This document shows positions 8,462 through 17,576 of a stretch of 58,128 bases of DNA, one piece after another (positions within the stretch are counted from its first letter, which is position 1; each line of letters starts with the position of its first letter). The position numbers were made by a program, and so were the translations under genes. Source of the DNA: Pseudomonadota bacterium (GTDB taxonomy: Bacteria; Myxococcota_A; UBA9042; GCA-2863065); the NCBI GenBank assembly GCA_947498315.1, contig CANMLD010000004.1:1-58128 (forward strand), read 5' to 3'. The notes beneath the pieces are model-generated. The model saw only the letters and a list, made by a program, of their open reading frames with translations. It was not told the origin of the DNA and did not search any database.

Positions 8462-8928
8462 ACGGACCTGCGGCCGGCAAGTCGGACACCGACCCGGTAG
8501 TCCCAGTCGCGTTGCTTCGCGACGCGCTCTCTCGCTTCGGTTGCGTCCACGTACGTGCCCTCGGCGAGAGCATGTCGCCACTCATCCCAAGCGGATCTCT
8601 CTGCCTCGTCGTCGCTGTCTCTGTCACTCAGCTCGAGCGCTTCGACATCGCCGCCGTGGCGCACGGCGAGACCCTGGTCATCCATCGGGTCCTGGCGACG
8701 GGGCCACGTGGCGTCCTGCTCGCTGGCGACAACGCACACAAGCCCGACCCATGGACCCCGTCAGGATCGCTACTCGGCCGGGTTGACATGGTCGTGCTCC
8801 CTGCCGGTGGGCAGCGCAGGCTCGATGGCCCTCTCTGGCGCCTTCTGGCCAGGCCCCTTCGGCTGCTTGGCCGCTTGCGTCGACTACGAGATCGACGACC
8901 CGGACCCGAACGGCGCCCTCGAGCCTGA
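8446..8928 (+). CDS. S24/S26-family serine peptidase, SipW/Sec11-like (Ser-His type), no N-terminal membrane anchor
   Basis: GESMSPLIPSGSLCLV (catalytic Ser box), FDIAAVAHGETLVIHRVL (His where LexA/SPase I have Lys), LLAGDNAHKPDPW and LLGRVDMVV. Overlaps the rSAM stop by 16 nt. The TTG start at 8446 is uncertain. Confidence 0.7.
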   Translation: MFLRLNGPAAGKSDTDPVVPVALLRDALSRFGCVHVRALGESMSPLIPSGSLCLVVAVSVTQLERFDIAAVAHGETLVIHRVLATGPRGVLLAGDNAHKPDPWTPSGSLLGRVDMVVLPAGGQRRLDGPLWRLLARPLRLLGRLRRLRDRRPGPERRPRA

Positions 8929-9031
8929 ATTTCGCCCGACGACCAAAGTCGAAGGGCTCGTAATCTTTGACCCGAGCCTGCGCTGGCTCTAGGCTCGCCG
9001 CGCGGCGTTGTCCGTTCGGAGCAGAGAACCC

Positions 9032-9934
9032 ATGCGGTGCATCTTGAAAATGGGGCTGACGCCGTCCCTCGCGGCGCTCGTGCTGTCCGCCTGTGGCACG
9101 AGTCAGACCGTGCGCATCGCCGCTCAGCTCGACGACGTTCAACGCGAGCTCCTCGAGGTCAAGAAGCAGCTGGCGACTCAGACCGTCATGAACCAGAACC
9201 TCGAGACCGATCTGTTCACCTTCAAGGACCGCCTCGAAACCTTGGAGCGGAACCGAAACCGTCGTGCCAAGACGGGAGATGAGCTCAGCACCGTTCGGAT
9301 TCGCCCGGAGTCCGGGCCCGAAGCCCGCTTCGATGCACGTGGAGACGCGCCGACACCCGTCGCCCGCCGCGACGATCCGGGCCGCGAGCCTGACTGCGCG
9401 CTCGGCGACGTGCTTACGGAAGACGGCCAGCGCCTGCCGGGGTGTGGCAAGGCTGACGGCCGCTCCGCACGAGACGACCGCGGCGCGCCCGGTGGGTCGC
9501 GTGTCGAACCCGAACCGCAGCCGGCGGAACGCGCGGTTCGGCCGAGCCCGAAGCGCGCCGACGTCGAGGCCAAGACGGCGTACGAGACGGCGATGTCCGA
9601 CTACCGAGCCGGCCGCTTCTATCAGGCCACCGAGGCCTTCCTCGACTTCGTTGACCGATTCCCGCGACACGAATACGCCGACAACGCGCTCTATTGGGCC
9701 GGCGAGTGCTACTACACGCGTGCGCTCTGGAACAAGGCGCTCGACCTCTTCGCGCGCGTCGTAGAGTCGTATCCGATGGAGAACAAGACCGCCGACGCCA
9801 TGGTCAAGATAGGCCTCTGTCAGATGAACCTCGGCAACACTCAGGCGGCCCGCGACGCGTTCGAGTCGGTCATTGGCATGTACCCGGACAGTCCGGTCGC
9901 GAACCTCGCCAAGCAGAAGCTCGAAGGACTCTGA
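9032..9934 (+). CDS. cpoB: Tol-Pal associated TPR lipoprotein CpoB/YbgF
   Basis: Lipobox LVLSAC; N-terminal coiled coil (QLDDVQRELLEVKKQLATQ); C-terminal TPR block YRAGRFYQATEAFLDFVDRFPRHEYADNALYWAGECYY...MNLGNTQAARDAFESVIGMYPDSPVANLAKQKL. ATG 9032 or 9050 preferred over TTG 9008. Confidence 0.75.
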   Translation: MRCILKMGLTPSLAALVLSACGTSQTVRIAAQLDDVQRELLEVKKQLATQTVMNQNLETDLFTFKDRLETLERNRNRRAKTGDELSTVRIRPESGPEARFDARGDAPTPVARRDDPGREPDCALGDVLTEDGQRLPGCGKADGRSARDDRGAPGGSRVEPEPQPAERAVRPSPKRADVEAKTAYETAMSDYRAGRFYQATEAFLDFVDRFPRHEYADNALYWAGECYYTRALWNKALDLFARVVESYPMENKTADAMVKIGLCQMNLGNTQAARDAFESVIGMYPDSPVANLAKQKLEGL

Positions 9935-9937
9935 GCG

Positions 9938-10945
9938 ATGATCACTTCCTGTTTGTTCATGCTCACTGCGGCCCTAACGACACAGGCCGACCGTTATGAG
10001 CCCTCGATCGTGACCGACACGGCGAGCTCCTACCGGCCCGCTGGGACTTACGTGGTGCTGGAGAACGACACGTTGTGGACTCTCTCCGAGATCCACTTTG
10101 GCAACCCCTTCTACTGGCCCGTCCTTTGGAGCTACAACCCGCAGGTCACGAACCCGCACTGGATCTACCCGGGGGACCTCCTCTATCTGCAGCCGCGCAT
10201 GAAGGAGAAGACCGAAGTCATCACCTTCGCCAAGAGCCGCTACAGCGACGCGCCGCGTCTCGAAGAGGTCCTCGCGCGCTTCAAGGGCTTCATCTCGGTC
10301 CGTGACTACAAGGAGTCTGGCCGGCTCGCGTCATCGCGTGAGGAGAAAGAGATGCTGGGCGAGTACGACGAGGCCTACCTCGAGTTCTCGATCCCAAAGA
10401 AGATCCTGCCGGGCGAAGAGTACACGATCTATCGCGTCGACCGGCCGGTCACCGACCCCGACACCGGCGAGACCCTTGGTTACATGATAAGGCACCTCGG
10501 GATCTCGCGCGTCCTGACCGTCGACAAGACCAAGCCATACGTAAAGGGCCTGATCCTGAAGAGCTGGCAGGAGATGCAGCGCGGCGATCTCCTAACCAAG
10601 CGCCTCTGGACTAGCGAGACCGTTCAGCCGGTCCAGAACCAGATTGGGACTTGGGCCCGTATCATGGATACCTTCCAGGATTCGACCAACATGGGCGAAC
10701 ACGACTACATCATCATCGACCAGGGCTTCAAGCAGAAGGTACGGCGTGGAAACCGCCTCGTGATCCGCCAGCGTGGCGACACCCTGCGTCCATCGTCTGC
10801 CGACGACCTCAAGAAGTATCCCTGGGAGACCATCGGCGAAGTCATGGTCCTCGAGCCCTTCGAGAACACGTCGATGTGCATCGTCCTCCGCTCCACCAAA
10901 GAGCTGTTGAAGGGCGAAGACCTGCAGATGATTCAAGGGTATTGA
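9938..10945 (+). CDS. LysM peptidoglycan-binding domain protein
   Basis: Signal-like N-terminus MITSCLFMLTAALTTQA. LysM motif YVVLENDTLWTLSEIHFGNPFYWPVLWSYNPQVTNPHWIYPGDLLYL. Confidence 0.75.
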   Translation: MITSCLFMLTAALTTQADRYEPSIVTDTASSYRPAGTYVVLENDTLWTLSEIHFGNPFYWPVLWSYNPQVTNPHWIYPGDLLYLQPRMKEKTEVITFAKSRYSDAPRLEEVLARFKGFISVRDYKESGRLASSREEKEMLGEYDEAYLEFSIPKKILPGEEYTIYRVDRPVTDPDTGETLGYMIRHLGISRVLTVDKTKPYVKGLILKSWQEMQRGDLLTKRLWTSETVQPVQNQIGTWARIMDTFQDSTNMGEHDYIIIDQGFKQKVRRGNRLVIRQRGDTLRPSSADDLKKYPWETIGEVMVLEPFENTSMCIVLRSTKELLKGEDLQMIQGY

Positions 10946-11014
10946 GGTCGACGAGTCAGGTCGGGGCTGTGAACGTTGTCTTCGGCGCTCGTGACCTGTA
11001 GGAGTCCGACTGTC

Positions 11015-12613
11015 ATGGCCAACTACTCGCCCACGAAGCTCCTCTCCCGCGGTTCCGAGTCGCTGTGGCTCTTTGCGTTTGCCATAGTGACGCTCAGCGC
11101 GCTCTGCGGCTGTCGTAAGAGCGCGGTCGCTGCATCGTCCGACCCGCCGAATCCAGACCAGGTGGCGCGGCGAAGCGCGGCGCCGCCCTCTGCAGCAGCC
11201 GTCACTCTCCTCAGCGAGTCGCCGCCGGGCAATCCTCCGGGCAAGGTGGCTCCAGATGCGCCTCGGGTTCAGTCGACGCACCAGTTCTATGGCGTCTACG
11301 TCACTGGCCAGAAGGCAGGCTACGCTGAAGAGTGGGTGCGCCCTTTGCCCGACGGCTCCGTCGAGCATGAGACGCAGGTCGTACTCACGATGCAGCGCCT
11401 CGGCCAGACCTTGAAGTTGAGGCTCTCGGATAAGGCCATCTACGGCCCGGATGGCGCCATGTCCCGCTTCGAGACGGTCGAAGACCTCGGGCCGAACGCG
11501 AGGACGGTCCGCTCCGGGCGTGTTGAAGGAGACCAGCTCGTAGTGACGGTCACGACCGGCGGAAAGTCGACCGAACAACGGCGGGCGGCGCCCAAAGAGC
11601 GTGCAGAAGATACGCTCCCGGCGCTGATGGTGCCTCGCCTGCGAGCGGCCGGCGCTGAGGGCACCACCTTCTGGCAGTTCGATAGGTCCACCCTCGACGA
11701 CATCGAGATCAAGAGCCGCATCGTGCGTGAGCGCGAGGTGCGGGTCTCGGGCGTCCCGACGGTGGTCCTCGAGGTGGATGGCCGGGACGAAAGGCGCGGC
11801 CTCACTCTCGGCAGCCGGCTCACGGCCTCGGGCCTCGCACTCGAGATGACTGTCGGCCCTGGCTTCAAGCTGGTCCTCGAGGAGGAGTCCGTCGCCAAGA
11901 ACCCGTCTTTGCAAGTCCCTGATCTCTATCGCCTGGCCGTCGTCCCGGCCGACAAGCCGCTCGGCCGCCCCGACGACGTGAAGCGCCTTCGACTTGCCCT
12001 CGACGGGCTCCCGGAAGCCGCAGGACCATCCGATGGCCGGCAGACCCGGTCCGAGGGGAGCGTACTCGAGGTGCGACGCGTCGACTGCAAGGACGTCCCC
12101 AAGACGGCCATCACCGCGGCGGAACGGAGCAAGTATCTCGAAGCTACGGCCTTCATCGACCACGCGGCGCCGTCCGTTCACGCAAGGCTGGCTAGTGTCG
12201 CTACCGGACCCGGGCGCGCCGAGCGGCTCAGTCGACTCGTGACCGGGGCGCTCCGCTACACCCTCGCGACCGCACCGATGACGGCGAGCGCCATCTTCGA
12301 AGGGGGCGCTGGTGACTGCACCGAATACGCGAGGGCGCTCGTGGCCCTTTTGCGCGCTGACGGCATCCCCGCCCGGGAAGTCTCCGGGATGGCGTGGTCG
12401 GGTGACGGCGAACCAGGTTTCGCCTTTCACGCCTGGGCAGAGGCCTACGTGGTCGCCGCCGGTGAATCGGACGGTCGATGGTGTGCGCTCGACCCAACCT
12501 GGGATCAGGTCACTCCCGACGCCACCCACATCGCGCTCTCCCGCGACGACCCCACCGCCATCATCGGCCTACTCGGTGGCGTCAAGGCCCGCATCATCGA
12601 CGTCGAGCGTTGA
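11015..12613 (+). CDS. Transglutaminase-like (Cys-His-Asp core) lipoprotein
   Basis: Signal/lipobox LSALCGC. Core GAGDCTEYARALVALLRADGIPAREVSGMAW ... FAFHAWAEAYV ... WCALDPTW. ATG 11015 with GGAG upstream. Confidence 0.75.
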   Translation: MANYSPTKLLSRGSESLWLFAFAIVTLSALCGCRKSAVAASSDPPNPDQVARRSAAPPSAAAVTLLSESPPGNPPGKVAPDAPRVQSTHQFYGVYVTGQKAGYAEEWVRPLPDGSVEHETQVVLTMQRLGQTLKLRLSDKAIYGPDGAMSRFETVEDLGPNARTVRSGRVEGDQLVVTVTTGGKSTEQRRAAPKERAEDTLPALMVPRLRAAGAEGTTFWQFDRSTLDDIEIKSRIVREREVRVSGVPTVVLEVDGRDERRGLTLGSRLTASGLALEMTVGPGFKLVLEEESVAKNPSLQVPDLYRLAVVPADKPLGRPDDVKRLRLALDGLPEAAGPSDGRQTRSEGSVLEVRRVDCKDVPKTAITAAERSKYLEATAFIDHAAPSVHARLASVATGPGRAERLSRLVTGALRYTLATAPMTASAIFEGGAGDCTEYARALVALLRADGIPAREVSGMAWSGDGEPGFAFHAWAEAYVVAAGESDGRWCALDPTWDQVTPDATHIALSRDDPTAIIGLLGGVKARIIDVER

Positions 12614-12679
12614 TGCCGTCGGCACTGCCTCGCTCAACCCGAACGTGACCGCCGACCCCCAGCCCCGTATGATGCGCCA

Positions 12680-13996
12680 ATGTCCCTCCTTCGCTACGTG
12701 ATAGACCTGCCAGCCCAAGCGCTTGCCGTGGTTGTCGGCGTGGCGGCGCTCGGCTGTGGCGCTGCAGAGACCAGCGTCTGCGTCGACTGCGATGGTGTCC
12801 CCGCTCAGACCGTGGTGGGGCGGCTCACCGGTGACGTCGCGCTCGCCATCGGTCCGCTCGACACCATCTGGTTCGCTGGCTACGACGACGACTTCGGCGC
12901 GTTGGTGGTCGGTCGCCTCGCAATGGACCTCATCGGCGAGACCGAGCTCATTGACCCCGTCCGCGTCGATGACGGAGAGCCCGTGACGCGTCGCGTCGGC
13001 CAAGGGGCGGCGCTCGCTGTCGACAGCACCGGGGAGCCCCGCGTCGCGTACCTCGTTGCCGAAGCCGGGCAAGCGTTCCTGGCGCGTCGGCGCGGCGCGT
13101 GGACCGTCGAGCCGCTCGATGGCCCTGATTGGCGCCGCCCGTCGGGCGGTTCGGATGAGGTAGCAGCAGAGAGTGACGAACTCACGCCCTTCGTCACCCA
13201 GGTCGCGCTCGCCCTCGATGCAGGTGGCGGCGAGCACGTGGCGACCCTCGACTCCACGACGGGCTCGCTTCGCATCTTCAGCAGCACTGGGGCGTGTCGG
13301 GACGCCGGGGCAGAGGTGACGGCCGCTGGTACGGCGCTGTTGGACATTGAACCACGTGTCGTCGACTCGTCCGTCCTCGAGGCGGCTGGCCTCGGCCCGA
13401 GCCGCATCGGTGGGGTGCCCTCCATCACCGTCGACGTCACTGGCGCTATCGCCGTCAGCTTCTACCTCGAGTCTACCGGCGATCTCGCGCTACTGACCTG
13501 CGTCGGCGAGTCGCTCGCCATTCGGACCATCGCGGGGAGCGATGGCGAACGTGATCTCGGTGATGTCGGCTACTGGTCGTCCGTCGCGGTCGATCCGCGC
13601 ACAGGGAAGCTCGCCATCGCCTTCTTCGACCGAACCCGTGGTCAGCTCGCTTACTCCACCAGCGTCAAGGGCGAGCCCACTGTCGTGGTCATCGACGACG
13701 GCTCTGGCGAGCTCGGCTCATTTTCACGCTACGTCGGCCAGATGCCGTCACTGGCATTCGCACCACTCGGATCGGCGTATCCGGGTCGCCCGACCGTCGC
13801 CTACCTCGATGCGTCGGAACGGGCCGTGAGGCTGGCAGTTCGCGACGACTTCGGACGATGGAGCCACGAGGTCATCGCGGAGGCCGAGCCGCTTCAGGGC
13901 CGGCTCGCCGCCGCATCAGGCGCCACCGGGACCTGGGTCGCGTTCTCACGGTTCGGTCGGCCGCATGTCGAGAAAGGCAGCAGCGATGCCGACTGA
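12680..13996 (+). CDS. Hypothetical secreted/lipoprotein with repeated beta-strand-rich segments
   Basis: ATG start; N-terminus LAVVVGVAALGCGAAE. Recurrent motifs PRVAYLVAE, KLAIAFFDRTRGQLAYSTS, PTVAYLDASERAVRLAV suggest a propeller-like repeat. No family recognised. Confidence 0.55.
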   Translation: MSLLRYVIDLPAQALAVVVGVAALGCGAAETSVCVDCDGVPAQTVVGRLTGDVALAIGPLDTIWFAGYDDDFGALVVGRLAMDLIGETELIDPVRVDDGEPVTRRVGQGAALAVDSTGEPRVAYLVAEAGQAFLARRRGAWTVEPLDGPDWRRPSGGSDEVAAESDELTPFVTQVALALDAGGGEHVATLDSTTGSLRIFSSTGACRDAGAEVTAAGTALLDIEPRVVDSSVLEAAGLGPSRIGGVPSITVDVTGAIAVSFYLESTGDLALLTCVGESLAIRTIAGSDGERDLGDVGYWSSVAVDPRTGKLAIAFFDRTRGQLAYSTSVKGEPTVVVIDDGSGELGSFSRYVGQMPSLAFAPLGSAYPGRPTVAYLDASERAVRLAVRDDFGRWSHEVIAEAEPLQGRLAAASGATGTWVAFSRFGRPHVEKGSSDAD

Positions 13997-15689
13997 CGTG
14001 GTCAGGACTCGTTCGCGCGGCCTTTGGCACTACTGTCTCGTCTTGTTCGCGTCTTCGGCGTGCTCCGAGCTCGTGACCGACGAGCTGTCCCCACAAGACC
14101 CGGCCCCGACTCGCAATTACTCGGGGTCAGCCCTTGCCTACCTCACCCCGTCTGGGCTCGCCAAGTATGAGGGTATGGCGAGTCACTTTGCGTCCAGCAC
14201 ATTTCCGGACGACGTACCGCTCTCGATGCCTGTCAGTGTCGTCCTCAGCGACACGCCTGGGCCACCGCGCACCATTGGTGGCGGAGATGGCGTCTGGAAC
14301 GTCCGTGTTCAGACGTTGACTCTAGACCTCAACCCCACGTCCGGTGCCAAGCCCGATGAGGCTCTGGCGGCTCGTGTCGAGGTGTCCCTCTACGGAGACC
14401 CGCTGCCCGTGACCGGCGAGCTCCCGGACTGTCGCGTAGTGCCCAGCGCGCGAGCCCTCGCGCTCCGGATCCCGCTCCAAGTGGGTCGGGACGTGCTCGG
14501 CCGTATTCAGGTCTCGGTGGCGTCGTCAGGCGCTTCGGTCATCGAGCCGCCAGGACAGCTCCCGGCGCTCGAGCTCTCGCTGGTCGACTGTGCGAGCCTC
14601 ACGCCGGCTGCCGCGCTCGATGCCCTGATGGGGCCGTTCCTCGATACACTCCTCGAGGACAAGGCGTTTACCTTGCCCCTGACGCGTACGGTCGCGACGC
14701 TCGTGGGTGCTCGTTTGCCCTCCCGGGTTACTGCCGTGTTCCCCGAAGGGGGTGAGTTGAGCGTCACCCTTCAGAGCGACATCAACAGCGCCGACCCACC
14801 TGTTCTGGTCTCGGGGCCCGCGCTGATCGCCCTCCCGTTCTCCATCGGGGTCACTGCGGTGGCGTCGGCCTGCTCCGGCCTCGCGGCGACGCTCCCTGCC
14901 CCCATCACGAGCCCAGCGCCGGAAGGGCTGACCTGGACAGGGGCCGACCTCGTCATGACCGTTCGACAGGATGCCTTGGACGCCATCATCGTCGCTGCAC
15001 TGTCCGCCGGCGGTCTTTGTGGGGTGGCACCGACGCCAATCGGCACGCTCGGAGAGGTGCTTGCGCTCGCTGGGGGCGCGGCCGTCGAGCCGACGGTAGC
15101 CGCGCTGCCCAAGAGCTCGCCGGTCGTCGCACGCCTCTCGTGGCTCTCAGCGCCCACGATGAAGATGACGGAGTCCGGCGAAGCCCTCTCTATCAGACTC
15201 GCGTCGAGCTCCGCCCTCGTTGAGACCTTCGTGCGTCTCGGCACCATCGACCATCTCCTCACTCGCCACAGCGGTTCGCTCTCGGTGAGCGGGCTCGTCC
15301 CCGAGCTGCGCAGTGATGGCGTCATTGCGCTCAGTGCGCCCGCGGACGCTCAGACGGTCTTCGACGGCCCAGTCCCCCTCGCGGCGAGAGTGGTGGCACG
15401 GCTTGCCGGTCGTTTGGCGCTCTTCCCCGTACCCGATAGGCTCCCGTTCCCTCTCGCAACGGCCTCCTTCTCGATGGCGGGACAACACCTCGTCATCCAC
15501 GCGACGTTCGTGGCGACCGGCCAAGCGACCGGCCCCGAGAGTGGTGCGTTGATCTCCGCGACGGGTGCCTCAGGGTGCACTGCCTCGGGGCATACGGTCG
15601 GCACGCGGTCTCAGCCGCCTTTGTTTTGGCTCATCGGGTTCACCGTGTTCGCCCTATCCCGGCTCGTTCGGCGGCGGCGCGCTCTCTGA
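13986..15689 (+). CDS. Secreted hypothetical protein with MYXO-CTERM-like C-terminal sorting signal
   Basis: C-terminus ...ATGASGCTASGHTVGTRSQPPLFWLIGFTVFALSRLVRRRRAL: a Gly-Cys motif, then a hydrophobic helix, then an Arg cluster at the extreme C-terminus. N-terminal hydrophobic segment WHYCLVLFASSAC. ATG 13986 overlaps the upstream stop. Confidence 0.6.
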   Translation: MPTDVVRTRSRGLWHYCLVLFASSACSELVTDELSPQDPAPTRNYSGSALAYLTPSGLAKYEGMASHFASSTFPDDVPLSMPVSVVLSDTPGPPRTIGGGDGVWNVRVQTLTLDLNPTSGAKPDEALAARVEVSLYGDPLPVTGELPDCRVVPSARALALRIPLQVGRDVLGRIQVSVASSGASVIEPPGQLPALELSLVDCASLTPAAALDALMGPFLDTLLEDKAFTLPLTRTVATLVGARLPSRVTAVFPEGGELSVTLQSDINSADPPVLVSGPALIALPFSIGVTAVASACSGLAATLPAPITSPAPEGLTWTGADLVMTVRQDALDAIIVAALSAGGLCGVAPTPIGTLGEVLALAGGAAVEPTVAALPKSSPVVARLSWLSAPTMKMTESGEALSIRLASSSALVETFVRLGTIDHLLTRHSGSLSVSGLVPELRSDGVIALSAPADAQTVFDGPVPLAARVVARLAGRLALFPVPDRLPFPLATASFSMAGQHLVIHATFVATGQATGPESGALISATGASGCTASGHTVGTRSQPPLFWLIGFTVFALSRLVRRRRAL

Positions 15690-15800
15690 TGGCGTCCGTG
15701 AAGCGGTGGGGACGGTGGCGACCTCGCCAAAGGCGGGGAGGGCGACCTCGATAGGCAGCTCGTTCCGAACGCCAGCGAGCCGACTTGGGACGTACTCTCC

Positions 15801-17387
15801 CTATCCTCCGATTACGCCGAGCGCCTCTGCTACGTCCCTGCGAACGAACATCAGAAACCAGATCCCCGGGGCGACCTCAGGCGTGTAGGGGACGTAGTTC
15901 GCCTCACCGCTGCGCACGCGTTCGACCAGCTCCCACTCGGCATGGACAGCCACGTTCAACTCGTCGCCTCGGCGAAACGGTCGCCGCTGCCACGTGACGG
16001 TGACGATGACCTCGGGCTGGCGTGCGAGGACGTAGGCAGCGTCGTGACGCTCGTGGCCAATCGCGTGCCGTTGCATCCGATCCGGGGGGAGCGTCGAGCG
16101 CGTTCGTGCGATGTGACGGTCGGTAAGACCGAGGAGATCGATGATCGGGTTCCCGGAGTGGTAGGCGATGGCGCCGACGGCGGCGGTCGCTAGCGTGGCG
16201 CCTTTGAAGGTCCTCCCGAGGAAGATGCCCGCCTCTTGGTAGCGGAGCACGTTGTCGAAGCCGTGTTGCGGCGGGATCGCATGCGCAAAGAACGCACGCC
16301 CCGCCAACAGAAGCGCAAGGGCGGCGGGGACGAACCCGGAGATCCAGGATCTCTTCGACAAGCGGCCTGCCAACGAAGCGGAGCCAACCACGGCGAGCGC
16401 AGCGCAAGCAGGCGCAAAAGGTGCCAGGAAGCGGCTGTATACGAAGGTGTCTCCGCCTGTGTAGAGAAAGGATGCCATCAGCAGGACGACCCCAGGGAAG
16501 AACAAGCGGGCCGCGATGCGCGCGGCCGGCTGCAGCAATGCCAGCCCCGCGAGCAGGCAGTATGGAAAATCAGAGATCCCGAGGAGGATGTAGTCCCAAC
16601 CGAGCGATAGGTGGGCGGCCGTGCCTCCCGCCTTTGCGTGCGCTGTATTCGGGACGAAGTCGCCGAAGATCCACCACCGGACCAGCGCTACGGCCCCGAG
16701 AGCCAAGGCCGGCAGCACCGCCCGGCGCCACGGGAAGGGACCTATCGCGAGGGGCCAGAGGAGCAGGAGCAGGGCGCACTCGGGGCGCGCCAGCGTGGCC
16801 AGCACGAGCAGAAGGCCAAGCAAGTTGCCCCGCTGGGTGACGTCCTCATCTGGCCGAGCCGACGCACGGAACAGGGCTGTCACCGCGAACGTAACCAGCG
16901 CTGTCTCGAGGCCGACCACGCTGTTCAAGAGGATGTGATCGTCGAGCACCAGGATGGCTAGCGTCGCAATGGTGACCACGAGACGGGCTTGGTCATCGAC
17001 GAGGCGGCCTGCGGTCAGCGCCGCCATTGAGACCGACGCGATCATCAACGCCGCGTTCAGAAGCTGGCTGGTGGCTTCGAGGTCACGGCTGAACAAGCGA
17101 AGCCCATGCAGAGCAAGCAGGTAGAGCGGCGAGGTGAACCCTTCGACAGGTGCCTCACCACACGAGTAGCGAAGGGCGCAGCCGGCGAAGCTGCTTTCGA
17201 CGTATCGAAAGTAGATGTACGCGTCGTCGTAGAGGGAGAAGGAGTGCTGGACCAAGAAGACGCCGACGGCCGCTATTGACGCCAGTACGACGAGAATCGA
17301 CAGCAGGGGCCCGGCTTGAAGTCTAGACAGGTTCAATCGATGAGCTCCTCGACGCGGGATCCTGCCGCTCCATTCAGCGGGGCTCAT
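15801..17387 (-). CDS. Polytopic membrane protein, GT-C-fold glycosyltransferase-like (putative)
   Basis: Many hydrophobic segments across the first ~400 aa. Acidic first-loop motif SLYDDAYIYFRY, as in GT-C arabinosyl/mannosyltransferases. Soluble C-terminal domain. Product assignment is tentative. Confidence 0.55.
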   Translation of the reverse strand: MSPAEWSGRIPRRGAHRLNLSRLQAGPLLSILVVLASIAAVGVFLVQHSFSLYDDAYIYFRYVESSFAGCALRYSCGEAPVEGFTSPLYLLALHGLRLFSRDLEATSQLLNAALMIASVSMAALTAGRLVDDQARLVVTIATLAILVLDDHILLNSVVGLETALVTFAVTALFRASARPDEDVTQRGNLLGLLLVLATLARPECALLLLLWPLAIGPFPWRRAVLPALALGAVALVRWWIFGDFVPNTAHAKAGGTAAHLSLGWDYILLGISDFPYCLLAGLALLQPAARIAARLFFPGVVLLMASFLYTGGDTFVYSRFLAPFAPACAALAVVGSASLAGRLSKRSWISGFVPAALALLLAGRAFFAHAIPPQHGFDNVLRYQEAGIFLGRTFKGATLATAAVGAIAYHSGNPIIDLLGLTDRHIARTRSTLPPDRMQRHAIGHERHDAAYVLARQPEVIVTVTWQRRPFRRGDELNVAVHAEWELVERVRSGEANYVPYTPEVAPGIWFLMFVRRDVAEALGVIGG

Positions 17388-17576
17388 GCTGCCACCAAAC
17401 GCGGACGTGCGTCATCGACCGTTTGTCAGCTCCCCTTCATCACGGGTCAGCCAGAGGCTCGCGTGCAACAGCGCGGTTGAGTTTGCGGCGGCGCGCTCGG
17501 TCGTCCCCTCTTCGAGACGAGCAGCGCCAGAGAATTCACGGTCAAGCTATTGTCTCCAACGGCCGAGAGTCCATCC

